64,000 nt of DNA from assembly GCA_964016885.1 (NCBI GenBank), contig OZ024741.1:373612001-373676000 (forward strand), in the 5' to 3' direction. The notes under the pieces are model-generated. The model was not told the origin of the DNA. It worked only from the letters and a program-made list of their open reading frames with translations, and did no database searches. The DNA comes from Eledone cirrhosa. Taxonomy: Eukaryota. Shown here one piece after another: positions 48,862-61,689 of the stretch. Every line of letters begins with the position of its first letter. Positions within the stretch are counted from its first letter, which is position 1. Position numbers and translations under genes: made by a program.

Positions 48862-51811
48862 TTTGTCTGCGGACGCAGCTTAGATATCCCGTATAGACTG
48901 GAGTGTAGAATATGCCCCCCCCCCCTCATTTCTCTGGCTTTCAGCTTTTAATGTTATTTCTTTTTAGTTTTATTTTAAACTAGACCACCCGTTGGGTCAC
49001 ATTCACTTCAAATATTTTTTTTAATCATATTCATTTAAAAAATAATTTTTAAATAATTAAAATATACACAGACATGTATATAATGTGAAATGAAACTGGA
49101 AGGCCTATAAATATATATATACGTGTGTGTATGTATATATATAAATGTGTGTGTTTGTATACATATATATATATATATATGTATATGTGTATACATATGT
49201 GGGTATATGTGATCTATATGCACTGGTATAGACACATATACACATGCACAACAACAGCTCTCTCTCTCTCTTCCATTCGCCTTCTCTGTCTCCTCTCCCC
49301 CTCTCTCTCTCTCTTTCAATCTACTCTGTCACAACCACTATCTCTTCCTCTTTATCTTTCTCTCTTTGTTTATGAAGGTATCCGGAAAAAAACCATATCT
49401 CGGGAACCCATGTCCGATTTACGCGAAACTTGTTTCATTCCATTTGTATTCCCATTTCAGGGTCAACTTCCTTTCAAATTATTTTCCCATTATGCACCCT
49501 TTTGGGTGTATTACATTACAGACAAGCAAGCAAGCAATCACAGACTTTTAGTATTATATAGATATGCTGACATTGATGAATAGTAAATTTCTTTTATTTT
49601 AAAATATAACTTTGGAGAGGTAAAAGAAAAATACGATATAAAAAAAACGCCAGTTGAACTTTGTGGTAAAATACCTTGAAGCCACGATGACGCAATCCAA
49701 AATATTTCCCTCTTTATAAGATACATAACTAGCAACTGGATTTTAGTGTAATGATTTTCTATATCAGGAAAATAAAAGCAGATGTTCGTTTGAACTAGCA
49801 ATGTGTGAGCTTTTGAAGTATTTCAACTTAGAAGTTCACTGTTTAGATTTTTTTAGAAAAAAAAACCTTTTTTTTTAAATAAATATAATTTTGCTGAAGT
49901 ACACAAAAGCTAGCAAAAATATATATTTTTTAAATTTATACTTAAATGTTGATAATTTATTGAATTATTGCAATATTCAATAAAGTTGCAAAGAAGATGA
50001 AAGTGAACATGTATTTTAGCACATACAACATTTCCCTAAGCTAAGATTCTAGAAATAATATGTACAAGTTAAATGATGTCAAGTAGCTTGCTAATATAAT
50101 GTGGCAATTGTATATTTATAAAGTTCAACATTTATTTTGTGTCTATTTTTTTCAAAGTTGATGCAGTTGGCAACTGTATCTGATACTAACTATTACTGTA
50201 TATGGACAAGGAGAAAACAACAGTCACCATATTTAACTAATACGTTATTCAAACGTAAATTACGGAAGTCTTTAATGGATCTCCGTCGATTTTAACGACA
50301 TGTGTTCCAATTGCTCAATCGACTTCGTTGAGTTGGTGGAATACTCAGTCACTTACGCGCTATTTCGAGTATCCCTTAACATAGTTCTCAGGGAGAATCG
50401 GCTCGAGATTGTGTGTTACAAGGCTGACCCTTTGAATTACAGGTACAATCCATCCGACGAGCTTCCAAGCAGTTTCCAGTCAACTTAATTTTAATCACGA
50501 GGTTTATGTGAATCCGAAGCTATGATGAAAGACACTTGTCAAAGATGCCTCACAGTGGAATCGAACTCAGGTCAGCATGATTGCGAATTGAACATCTTAA
50601 CCTTTCGACAACTTGAATTGTGTTCAACACGCTGACGTGTATGTATTATGTATACATGTGGATGTGTGTGTGTGTGTCCATACGCATACATTTATATGTA
50701 TGAGTGTATAAATATAAACGTGCAAACACAGACGCACTTACAAAAATACGCACTCACAGACCACATTCACACAAATACACTCACACAAACATGCACACAT
50801 ACATTTACACAAACAGACACATACACTCACTCATAGCGTAACAAATGAAACACCAGCCACCGTTTTGCTACAGTTTTTTCACTATCCTCTTCCTTCTTTT
50901 TACACATACATTCATACAAACACACACAGTGTGTAACGGACGAAAGTCGCTCAAATTTATATATAGATGGAAGTGTTAAAAAAATGGGAATAGCATCCTT
51001 AAACTTCGAAATAGTGAGTTTATAAAAAATATATGGTTGTAATATTCACTATGGAAAGGTTGTTTGCATTGCTTTGTATAACATCAATTGTCTGTGAAAG
51101 CAACTCCTTTTATTGATCAGGATTTAATTATTAGAAACCAAGACTGGTTACAGAGTGAAGCCAGTGACCAGAGCTCTGAGATCAATGAGTGATCTTGAAA
51201 CTCACTAATAATTGTTTCTACTTTTGGCACAAGGCCAGCAATTATCCCAGTGTATTACTGGTACTTTATTTTATCGACCCTGTAAGGATGAAAGGCAAAG
51301 TTAACCTCGGCCTTTCATTTTGAAACTCATAAATAATGCTTTAAAAAACACATGTTTGAAATTCGATAGTAAGGTATGTTATATTATGTTAAACTAACAA
51401 CTCTGTATCTACTCTGGCTTTTATCATTTTGACAAGGTAGGTTAGTACACTGATACATAAGTCAGTTCCCACGATAGTGACATAAATCTGGTCACATCAA
51501 TCGATTAATTAGATAGGTGTCACTAGTCAGTGCCTGACTACAAAACAATGATACGCTAACGCTAAAAGTTGAGCCTCCAAACCTGCTTATCTATAGATCG
51601 TAGGCGTATACATGTTTATTCTATTAGTGATTAATAACTATTTGGAAAAGGAAATATTTTTCACATTCAGCCAAATTATAGCTATATAGAGAGTTTACTC
51701 CCAGTGGTAACTACTCCCTTTTCCCCTATACGAACTCCAAATACCACCGAAAGACATGTAAACAACCCTTGAACTTGATAATGGAAAAATATATAAGTAT
51801 ATATATATATA

Positions 51812-52353
51812 TATATTATAATTGAATATAAAAGAAAAACGAACACAGATATATACATATATGTGTTCAAATCGTAAAGGACCAGATTCCCTAAGGTGAA
51901 AAGAATACACCTTCGATATATTCGGCTCCGTAAATTTGTTGAGCTAATTCAAATGTCGAGTAAACCTGGCTGCTATTTTTAGTGGTGTGAGTTTGTGAGA
52001 CACGCTATGTTCAGATACCATGTGCGTTACTATATATACGCACACTATTCAGTTTTTTAATATACTTAGAAGTGACCAGGATACTAATTCTTCATCCGCT
52101 GATGAGCAAGAATCGGTATTCCTCTTCACAATTAATTTTGCGAAACAGCATTACCAAAGCTGCCTGGGTGATTGGTAGTTACCACAATTCCGGTTTGCAT
52201 TTATTTTCTTGATTTATTCTTAAAATGGGTCTGGCAAAACCTATTGTCTATAGTTAGTATTCTTTTCACCTTAGCGAATCTGGTCCCTTACGATTTGAAC
52301 ACATATATGTATATATCTGTGTTCGTTTTTCTTTTATATTCAATTATAATATA
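51812..52353. mobile_element. Foldback element with 97-bp inverted arms enclosing a hammerhead motif (Penelope-like non-autonomous element)
   Basis: 51812-51908 is the reverse complement of 52257-52353 with about two mismatches. Abuts a (TA)n tract. Confidence 0.8.
52092..52171 (+). ncRNA. Type I hammerhead ribozyme fold with GUC changed to GCC at the cleavage site
   Basis: tcatccg-CTGATGA-gcaaga...ttttgc-GAAA-cagc-attaccaaa-gctg-CC-tgggtga. All three stems pair. Confidence 0.72.
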
Positions 52354-52859
52354 CGGCTCGGAAAAACCTCTTTCCTAGAGCTATTTTATTGTAAGAGACT
52401 ATTTTGAGTTTCTGACTCAATATATACCTTTGATATAAGTATATATATATATATAACTGAATCCTCTGTTTGATCATGAATACCACGAGTTTGCCAGTCA
52501 CTTAAGTCTGATATTTGATTTCGGATTCAAAGAAACACTATAAACGTATAATCGTTTGATTTGTCCGGGTGTATTTTTCTCAACCTGTTATTCTATCGTT
52601 ACTTTGGTATATTATTGTGTGTTACATTTTGCCTACCACAATGTTCGATTTGTCAAGCTATTTAAACGTATGTTATTACTCTAAGGACCTACCTTATCGA
52701 GTGCTTTGCTAACTCATCATTTCATATAAGTAGGCCGAATTTGCTTGCAAACCGCCAGAGATTCGATTTTACTAAATTTCCAATTATGTATGTATGTATG
52801 TATGTATGTATGTATGTATGTATGTATGTATGTATGTATGTATGTATGTATGTATGTAT

Positions 52860-53088
52860 TCACGGCACAGGCATTGCTTTATATCTGGAGATCTCTCTGC
52901 ACTTGTCGTCACATGGTACCATGGGCCCAGCACTATGTGTCAGTAATTGTCACAAGTGTAGTGTTTGTACCAGAGTTTTCAAGTCGCTGGCTGGACTAAA
53001 AAGTCACACTCGTTCAGCGCATCGGTAGGGGTTCTCCTACATGGATATAAAGTAGTGGCCGTACTCGAAAACGAGTTGGCAGCCACCA
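52860..53088 (+). mobile_element. LINE 3' end (RTE-like) with C-terminal C2H2 finger, between (TATG)n arrays
   Basis: Encodes CSVCTRVFKSLAGLKSHTRSAHR*. 3' UTR stem-loop gtggc..ctcgaaaacgag..gccac, then (ATGT)n. Confidence 0.75.
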
Positions 53089-53329
53089 TGTATGTATGTA
53101 TGTATGTATGTATGTATGTATGTATGTATGTATGTATGTATGTGTGTATGTGTGTGTGTGTGTGTGTGTGTACACATAAATTTATATATATATATATATA
53201 TTTATACACACACATAGGAAAAGAGTCAGGACACCGACGGCTGAGCTCCAGCCGTTTCGACAGCTAGATCCGAACTCGTATATACATATATATATAGACA
53301 TATATATATATTTCGTTTTAGTATTTCTT

Positions 53330-53700
53330 TTCCAAGATTTCTTATCTGCAAACCTGTGTTGAAACAGATGTTATACTTTGGGAGGATCATGCTCAGTGAC
53401 GGCTCGTTGCTAAAATTAGTTGGGTGTTGCTTCAGAAATTTCAGCCGCAGAGCCAACTTTTCCTTTGGTACCATTCAGAATTAAAGCTACGAATATACGT
53501 CTTGTTGCTTATTTCTGGCTGAAATATTTGAATATAAGATGTTGAACAACCTCTTTTCTTAACTGTAAATTTCTCATGGAGAGACAACTGTGAAAACTTA
53601 AGCTGTTGAAGTTCACTTACTGTCACAGAACATATTTCCTGCGAATACAAGGAGGTCATGGTTAAATTATTAAGATAAAAATCTAAAAAAAACAAAAAAA
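53330..53700 (-). pseudogene. hAT (ZMYM1-like, TTF-type zinc finger) transposase remnant
   Basis: RSFNSEWYQRKSWLCG is typical of the hAT transposase N-terminal finger. Confidence 0.65.
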
Positions 53701-53999
53701 CTATGAGTTAAATAGAATAGCTGGAAGCATGATAATCATCTACAGTTTATCACATTCAAGAATATGGTACGCGGTTTTTAAGACAACACGCGCTGAGTCA
53801 AAAATAAACATTACCTTACTCTCTGACAACAGGGCCGGCACTGAGTGAGCGACAGTGCTCTCTTTAATCAGCTTTCAGCTTCTTTCCTCGGACATGTGCG
53901 CATGTGCACAACCGCCAAACACCGCATCGCCAGAACTGTGAAACATGCGAGATGCCGGCACCGACTTTTATACCAGAAAAAGACCTTCCGTTATTCCTG

Positions 54000-55060
54000 C
54001 TCATTTATGTTGGAATTAAAATAGCCGTAGTTTCGTACAAAAGCATCTTGACTAATGTATGATTTCGCTACAGTATAAAAAAAATTGCCAAATTCTTCTG
54101 ACAGATACAGGCTTTCAGTTATTGTTTTGTATGGCAACTACTCGGTGATTAGCCAGAATCGGTAGAATGAAATCATTTGCATCACATCTCAATGGTATGA
54201 AATCGACCAGCAATATATTTTGGAAGAAACATAGGCCAAAGAAAAGAAGTAAGGCAACTGGAGTTATTAATTACATATCATTTTACAGATGTGTATTTAT
54301 GTCATCTATCTAAATCAGCAGTCTTGCTCCTATTAACAGCTGTAATATAATATTACAGGTAAGAGATATCACTACTGATATTGAAATGCTTATGGAAAAT
54401 CTGAAAAAAATTGCGAGATATTTGACATTCTGCTGGCAGAATTAAAAACATGTCGCTAAAGTTTGCAAACTGAAATTAAACAACCACCAAAAGAGAGAAA
54501 GCAAATGCATTTTCTAGTTGAGAACAAGTCAAGTGATGAAAGCCAGGCAAAAGATACTGATGCATATGTAGAATCATTATTTTGGTTATCTGTTTTTTTT
54601 TGTCATTGTCGATTCTGACATTGGTAGTCTAATAAAAAAAAATTTAAAGCTGCAAAAGAAAGTTTCTGATATTTGTCATTACTTTAATAATATCTGTCTA
54701 TATTGGAAAATCTTTTCACTACCAAGTGTATGTCATTATATAAATGATAAAAAAAAAATTAAATTCATCGACATCGAAATTTTGATAGATTTGACAACTG
54801 AAGTAAATCCAACTCTTAGATTTACTCAACACAATATATGACTACAAGTTAGAAAGCATCATTGTAAATGTTCGTGCTTCAGCTGAACGTTTATTCAATA
54901 ATCCTAAACAAATAAAGAACTATCATAAGGAAAAGGAAATATTACAAAGTCATCTAATGGCCTTAGTTCAACCCAGAGTTTCGGAACTCAGTCGAAATAC
55001 TCATTTCAGATATATAATACAAATCTTTGAATACAAGAAAACTTGCAAATACTTCTGAAA
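54000..55060 (+). pseudogene. Highly decayed hAT transposase C-terminal region
   Basis: ASAERLFNNPKQIKNY near 54876-54925 resembles the hAT dimerisation motif SAERSFS.LK.IKNY. Confidence 0.55.
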
Positions 55061-55187
55061 ATGTGAAAAGTTAGCCAGTCAGTTAAAGAACTTTGGTTAT
55101 AAATGAATTATTAAAGTTGTGCAATTTTTTATTTTATTTTAATCATTAATGAGATGAAGTGGCCCCGTTGGAAACAACAGTGTAGAG

Positions 55188-55381
55188 CAGGCATATCAAA
55201 CTGAGGGTCCCCCGAGGGCCACGTGGGTCATATATGTGTTGTCTGAGGGCCACACATGACAACTAATTGTGCATATTTCAACTATTTTTTTTTATATTAC
55301 GCTTGCGCTGTAAAAACCTTTGTGCAGGCCGCCGATGTGCTTTTAAAGGGCTGCATGCGGCCCGAATGTTTGTCATGTCTG
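55188..55381. mobile_element. hAT (Charlie-type) MITE
   Basis: TIR caggcatatcaaac / gtttgtcatgtctg and 8-bp TSD gtgtagag / gtttagag. Confidence 0.85.
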
Positions 55382-55389
55382 GTTTAGAG

Positions 55390-56930
55390 GACATGGTGTA
55401 TACAGCTATGTAGGATGTATATAGCAATGTAGAGCAGATGGTGTATATAGCTACGTAGAGTGTATATAGCTATGTATGGTATATATATATAGCAATGTAG
55501 AGTACATGGTGTATATAACGTAGGGTGTATATGTAGGGCACATGGTATATATAGCTATGGAGAGCACATGGTATATATTGCTATGTAGAGCACATGGTAT
55601 ATATAGCTATGTAGGGCACATGATATATATAGCTATGTAGGGCACATGGTATATATAGCTATGTAGGGCACATGGTATATATAGCTATGTAGGGCACATG
55701 GTGTATATAGGTATGTAGAGCACATGGTATATATAACTATGTAGGGCACATGGTATATATAGCTATGGAGAGCACATGGTATATATAGCTATGGAGAGCA
55801 CATGGTATATATAGCTATGGAGAGCACATGGTATATATAGCTATGTAGATATCATGGTATATATAGCTATGTAGGGCACATGGTGTATATAGCTATGTAG
55901 GGCGCATGGTGTATATAGCTTTGTAGAGATCATGGTGTATATAGCTATGTAGAGATCATGGTATATATAGCTATGTATAAATCATGGTGTATATAGCTAT
56001 GTAGAGATAATGGTGTATATATAGCTTTGTAGAGATCATGGTGTATATAGCTTTATATAGATCATGGTGTATATAGCTTTATATAGATCATGGTGTATAT
56101 AGCTTTATATAGATCATGGTGTATATAGCTTTATATAGATCATGGTGTATATAGCTTTATATAGATCATGGTATATATATATATAGCTATGTAGAGCACA
56201 TGGTATATATAGTTTTACCTACAATGTTATATGGCAGTGAAACTTGGGCTACAACGAAGAGAGAAGAGCAGAGGCTGGTAACGGCTCAAAGAGCCATGGA
56301 GAGATCAATGCTAGGAATCTCGTTAAGAGAGCACATCAGGAGCGAAGTCATCAGACAGAAGTCCGGCGTGAGGGACGTCATCGCGGAATATATGCGCAGC
56401 AAGTTCAGATGGGCTGGACACGTCGCCCGGTTCACCGATAATCGGTAGACCCGCACAGTTGCCGAGTGGTACCCGCGCGAGCGGAAACGACCACTCGGAA
56501 GGCCTCCACGAAGGTGGAGTTACATGGATGAGGAAAGCACGATCCAATGAGGAATGGACGGTGTGCTGTGACCAGCGGCGCCGAATGGACGCCCGACAGA
56601 CTGGTCGGTCAAGGTGATCAAGGTGATATAGCTAAGTATAAATCATGGTGTATATAGATATGTAGAGATCATGGTGTATATAGATATGTAGAGATCATGG
56701 TATATATAGTTATGTAGAGATCATGGTGTATATAGCTATGTAGAGATCATGGTATATATAGATATATAGAGATCATGGTGTATATAGCAAGTAGAGATCA
56801 TGGTATATATAGCTATGTAGAGAACATGGTATATATAGCTATGTAGGGCACATAGTGTATATAGCTATGTAGGGCACATAGTGTATATAGATATGTAGTG
56901 CACATAGTGTATATAGATATGTAAAGCACG
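55390..56930. repeat. About 26-bp minisatellite (catggtatatatagctatgtagrgca), interrupted by a LINE
   Basis: Tandem units on both sides of 56212-56626. Confidence 0.95.
56212..56626 (+). mobile_element. Young 5'-truncated RTE LINE with (caaggtgat)n tail
   Basis: VLPTMLYGSETW...MERSMLG...WAGHVARFTDNR and GRP..RW motifs. CpGs are retained. Confidence 0.92.
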
Positions 56931-57129
56931 AACATGCAGAAAGAATTACAGACGCCTGTAGGAATATTCGATTTCTCACATTAAAAAATTGTATTGTGTG
57001 CATTCTGCATTGTTAAGTCAACGTCGTCCATAAAAAGAATGCTGATGTAATATGTTAAAACGTGTAGTTTCTGGTTACCGCTTCTTTATCTTCAGAAGTC
57101 TAGCATTTCTTGGGGAGAATCAAATTAAC

Positions 57130-57530
57130 AGCTTCTTCTTTGCCCACTTATTCCGGTGAAGGTCGTTGGGACAGAGTTCTCAAATGTGTTCCAGAGAGTC
57201 CTAACGTAAGCAACTGTCTCCAATTTATCCAGCTGGATTCTCAAGTGAGACCAACCGAGTTTATGGATGTTATTTAACCATCTTGCTTGCGGTCTATTTT
57301 TTGGGGGGTCTCAGGCCGGTTGACTTTGCCCATAAAATCAGTCCTGAGATTCTTTCCTTAAATATTCTATCTCGATGTCCGTAATACCAGAGCTGTAATT
57401 TCTCTATGCGGAGAAGTAGCGGCTCTACTTGGAGCAACTCTCTAGTGCCCGAACTATGCACCCTATCGAATAACGTTAATTCAGAGACCCTTTGTAGGAA
57501 CCCCATTTCGACCACTTGCAATTTGCTATC
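57130..57530 (-). mobile_element. Decayed LINE fragment
   Basis: QVVEMGFLQRV...LLRIEKLQLWYYGH. Confidence 0.75.
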
Positions 57531-59107
57531 GCATTCTTTCAGTCATAACCCCAAAACGTTTTTTTGTTTTGTTTTGTTTTGTTTTTTGTTATCTCGAACT
57601 ATTGAACAGACAAAAGATAAGGTCAAGTATATGAACAAAACACGTGATATGATCGAGAACTATGATGCAGAATGTGGATGTAGGGTTTTCTTACGATGTA
57701 TTTTTTTGACATTTTGAACTAAGTTATCACGAATTTTTATTCTTTGTGACTTTAGAAATATTTATTTTTATTTATTTTATTTCTTTTTACAATAAATCTG
57801 TTTGTTTTTTTTTTGGAGACGAAAGTCTTTAGCGAATTTTATGGCTATTTTAGATGCGCGTAAAGGTAAAATGGCTATGTTTTGTTTTAGGTATATAAAA
57901 TGGCAATCAGAATGAAATTGAAAGAAAATTAAAGATACCCACTTTTTCGCTATACAGTTTTCGAATTTTCCAGTTTTTTTAAATCGATGAATTGAGAGAT
58001 TTATTTATCGAAATTTTTTCCCGAATGATTTATTTGTGATTTTCTTTTTAATCAAGAAACCGAAAGAAAATGATTACGTAGACTAGAAATGGCGAATCCA
58101 ATATAGGAATAACATAAAGACATTATATTTGTGCATTGACAAGTTATCTGGTGAATATGTCCAAGATAGAAATTCCTTTCATTAAAATCTTCAAAATAAA
58201 TTATCCACTTCGTGATTTTTATAGACGTTTGTGGTCTTCCATGTTCTGTCATTTCTTTAATATATAAACAACTCACCGAAAAAAAATACTTTCAGTTTAT
58301 TGTCGATCTTTATAATTGGCGATTTTTATTACCATTCAGTTTCATTTTATTATCGGGTTTTCGCTTTCATTTTAATTCCCCATCACTTTATAAACCGAAA
58401 ACAAAACCTCCACGTGAAACTGTAGTAGCGTTTTATGTCCTTTTGATCATATTGAAATGACGTACAAATATAATTTTATAGACAGTTTAGTTGAATAAAC
58501 AATGACCCATCAACAACATGAAAACGGCAATGCTAGCTGACCTTATTAATTTGTGAAGTTGACAACACAACGCGAAAGAAATTTTAAATTCTTGGGTTCA
58601 CACTTGTTATACATCAATATGTCAAATGATATTGTAAAAAATAAAACATGAAACAAATTACAACAGACATATATGACCACTTCATTTTCACACTCTTTCA
58701 GTTGATGATGTTGCTATTCAAGACAAACAAATAGCTGTAGCGTAATAAACAAATGAGACAATGAGAGACTGTGAGACTGGGAGAACGATACCACTAAACA
58801 TATGTGAGAAGAATTAATAGAATTCAGATCATTGGCATCATTCTGAATTATCATGAATTTATTAGTTTCCTATAAAGCAAAAGAAGATAGCATGTATTAT
58901 CATTATATTGAATGCTATTGAATACAAAGTTGATTTGACGACGGCATAGAAAAATAGCAATTAAAATAAATGTATTCACGCTCTTGAAAAGAATAAATAT
59001 TATTATCACTATATAAAGAAATCACTACGAGGTCGCTAGATTCGCTAGAAACAGTAACCAAATCTCGTTCAAATCACTAGCCTCAGAAAAGGGTAACACA
59101 CACACAC

Positions 59108-59169
<62 letters not shown>

Positions 59170-59250
59170 AGGGAGTATGAACGCGAAACGTTACAGACAT
59201 TTCTATGTTTTCTATGTTTTATATGTTCATTCTGTCATTACAACAGCAGA

Positions 59251-59335
59251 GGTCCGACGAGCTTTTGATTCCAGAGTCGGGCCAGATCGATACAGATCGA
59301 ACCTTGAGCTGATCAATAGCGAAACGCGCGTCACC
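59251..59335 (+). ncRNA. Hammerhead ribozyme fold with CCGACGA core variant
   Basis: GGT-CCGACGA-gcttttgat...atcaatagc-GAAAC-gcgc-GTC-ACC, followed by aataaa, between TA tracts. Confidence 0.7.
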
Positions 59336-59405
59336 AATCAATAAACGTAATGAAGGCTTAACTAATCGTCCTTGTATTTTACATATATATACATATATAT
59401 ATGTC

Positions 59406-59568
59406 TCAATGAAAAGAGAAGGCTGAATTCCAGTATATTCCTTCAATGTTTAATAAAAAACACAATACGCATTTCTATGGCCGGCGGCTTACGCCATCAT
59501 AGAAATACGTATTGTTTTTATGAAACATTAAACGAATATATCGGAATGCGGCCTTCTTTTTTCATTGA
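59406..59568. repeat. Diverged foldback hairpin, arms about 70 bp
   Basis: tcaatgaaaagagaaggc...catttctatg versus catagaaatacg...gccttcttttttcattga. Confidence 0.82.
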
Positions 59569-59703
59569 AGTATTTAACTCCGTTCCTGCAGCAACCACAA
59601 GATACCAAATCTATAATTGATGTTACGCACGTTTGCTTTTTGCATCACGGTCTGCTAATGGGAATGATGAGATCTTCCCATTAGTTAAACCATTCAACAT
59701 AAA

Positions 59704-59776
<73 letters not shown>

Positions 59777-59810
59777 TATTGAAGTTTGCTTGAAGCATTG
59801 TGGAATAATA

Positions 59811-60283
59811 AGTAAATATCTTTAAGTCGTTTGGAAGCCTCGACAATGCAAATGGGTAAATCTCCGGGTAACAAGATCCAGTGGTGGAGAGAGAGATGTA
59901 AGTGGGTGTACGTTGAGATGCGTGATGTGTATAAGATGTGTAAGATGTGTAGAAGAATGAAGGGAAGAGTATAAAGGATAAAATAACAACACAAGAGAGA
60001 GTTACCTTGGGAGAGATTTAATAGTCCCTATATATTTCGGATTCACATCCATCAACTGGGGGGGTTTTTCCGGGGTGGGGAAAAAAAACTCTCTTGTGTT
60101 GTTATTTTTATTTTATCCTTTATACTCTTCCCTTCATTCTTCTACACATCTTACACATCTTATACACATCACGCATCTCAACGTACACCCACTTACATCT
60201 CTCTCTCCACCACTGGATCTTGTTACCCGGAGATTTACCCATTTGCATTGTCGAGGCTTCCAAACGACTTAAAGATATTTACT
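59811..60283. mobile_element. Foldback element with about 190-bp near-identical inverted arms and a hammerhead relic in the spacer
   Basis: 59811-59999 is the reverse complement of 60089-60283 apart from one small indel. Flanked by (TA)n tracts. Confidence 0.88.
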
Positions 60284-60444
60284 CATATATATATATATAT
60301 ATATATATCATTAAAAATTCTGTTATATTCCATTTATTTCCACTTCATGTTTTATACTCATTTTTATTTCTATTTTTCCTGCCCTTTCATGTTTTTCCCG
60401 CTAACTCCCCCCTCACTCCTTCTCGGAGTTCCTCCCTGCCCACT

Positions 60445-60478
60445 CTCCTGATGAAGGGTTTATGTCTGAAACATCGTA
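60445..60478 (+). ncRNA. Degenerate minimal hammerhead, same family as 47032
   Basis: CTGATGA-agggtttatgtct-GAAAC. The downstream accctc...caagcgt...ctaata...ttgttatttc is shared with the 47032 element. Confidence 0.55.
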
Positions 60479-60557
60479 ACCCTCCACCACTACTCACCAA
60501 GCGTCAAGCTAATAATACCATGTAACATTTACTCCTGCGTTTGTTTATTGTTATTTC

Positions 60558-60601
<44 letters not shown>

Positions 60602-61689
60602 AACTGTAGATTGGGTGGTACAAGACAAACGTATAATCTCCGAAAATGAAATTTGCCATTCTAACCGAAAAAATATCCATGGATTTAAACTGTTTGAAGG
60701 CATAACACTAATTACCGTGTATTAAAGCATATACAAAATTATTGCGTGAGTGACAATAACAACAGTAATATGATTATTATTTTTAGTTCAATCTACTGCA
60801 TATATGCTATAGGTCTGTCTGACTAATGCTAACACAGCTATATAATAACAAGCTGATTATTAGTTATTAAAATGTCCACAAAAAGACAGCATGATAAATC
60901 AGTCATTGTTAAAATTGTACCTAGCTGACTAATTGCCATGTTGATATAAATCTTATAAAAAATATTAAAAGTTGCCCTATTAAATGGAGTTATAGGTGCA
61001 CCATCATAATATACGCGGCGTTTGGGGCATTTAAACCCGGTAGAATCCATCCCTCTTCAGGTATGAACACAAACTAGTTCTCCTAGATTAGTACTCAGGC
61101 TGTTCCATCATTTCCATCATTTCTCCTGCGTCAGCCTGACACAACGCGCTCTCAACGTGGAGATGCAATAGCTACGTCTTCTCCTGGCTTGCGCAGCTGC
61201 GGCCATCCACCACGACTCCCAGACGACGCATCTCACCTTCCCGACGCAAGCGGCTTCGGAAAATCCTTTATAGGATCCCTAAAGCAGTTATTTCTTCAAT
61301 ATATATATATAGAGAGAGAGGGAGTATATAGGAGAGGGAGATCAAACACCATATAGGAGAGGGAGATCAAACACCAGCATAATAATGAGAAAGTTAATTA
61401 TTTTACTAAATCGCTCCAAATCCTTGTCTATTTTCAAAATTATTTGAAAATCATAAGCACTGTCATTCATTAGAAATAAGGTTATGAAAGGGTTAAATAC
61501 TGACGAACGGGAGATTGTTTTATACAACGTCTTTCGATTACAGCTGTCCCGAGACCAGTGACAAAATAACTCGGGTATTAAACCGACAGACACGAGTTAC
61601 AGGTTACATCTGTTGTAGTTTCCTTTTCGTTTTAGCTTTATTGTATTTCCTTCTTCAAGTGAAGAACGTTTACATCTTGTACTCAATTT

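Noticed and set aside
52741-53028. Host C2H2 zinc-finger gene
   Set aside because: A single finger at a LINE C-terminus, followed by a LINE-type UTR and tail. The ORF start is microsatellite.
59610-59655. Additional minus-strand hammerhead (cgtgatgc-aaaaa-gc-aaac-gtgc-gta)
   Set aside because: Both core boxes are damaged, so it is too degenerate to call.
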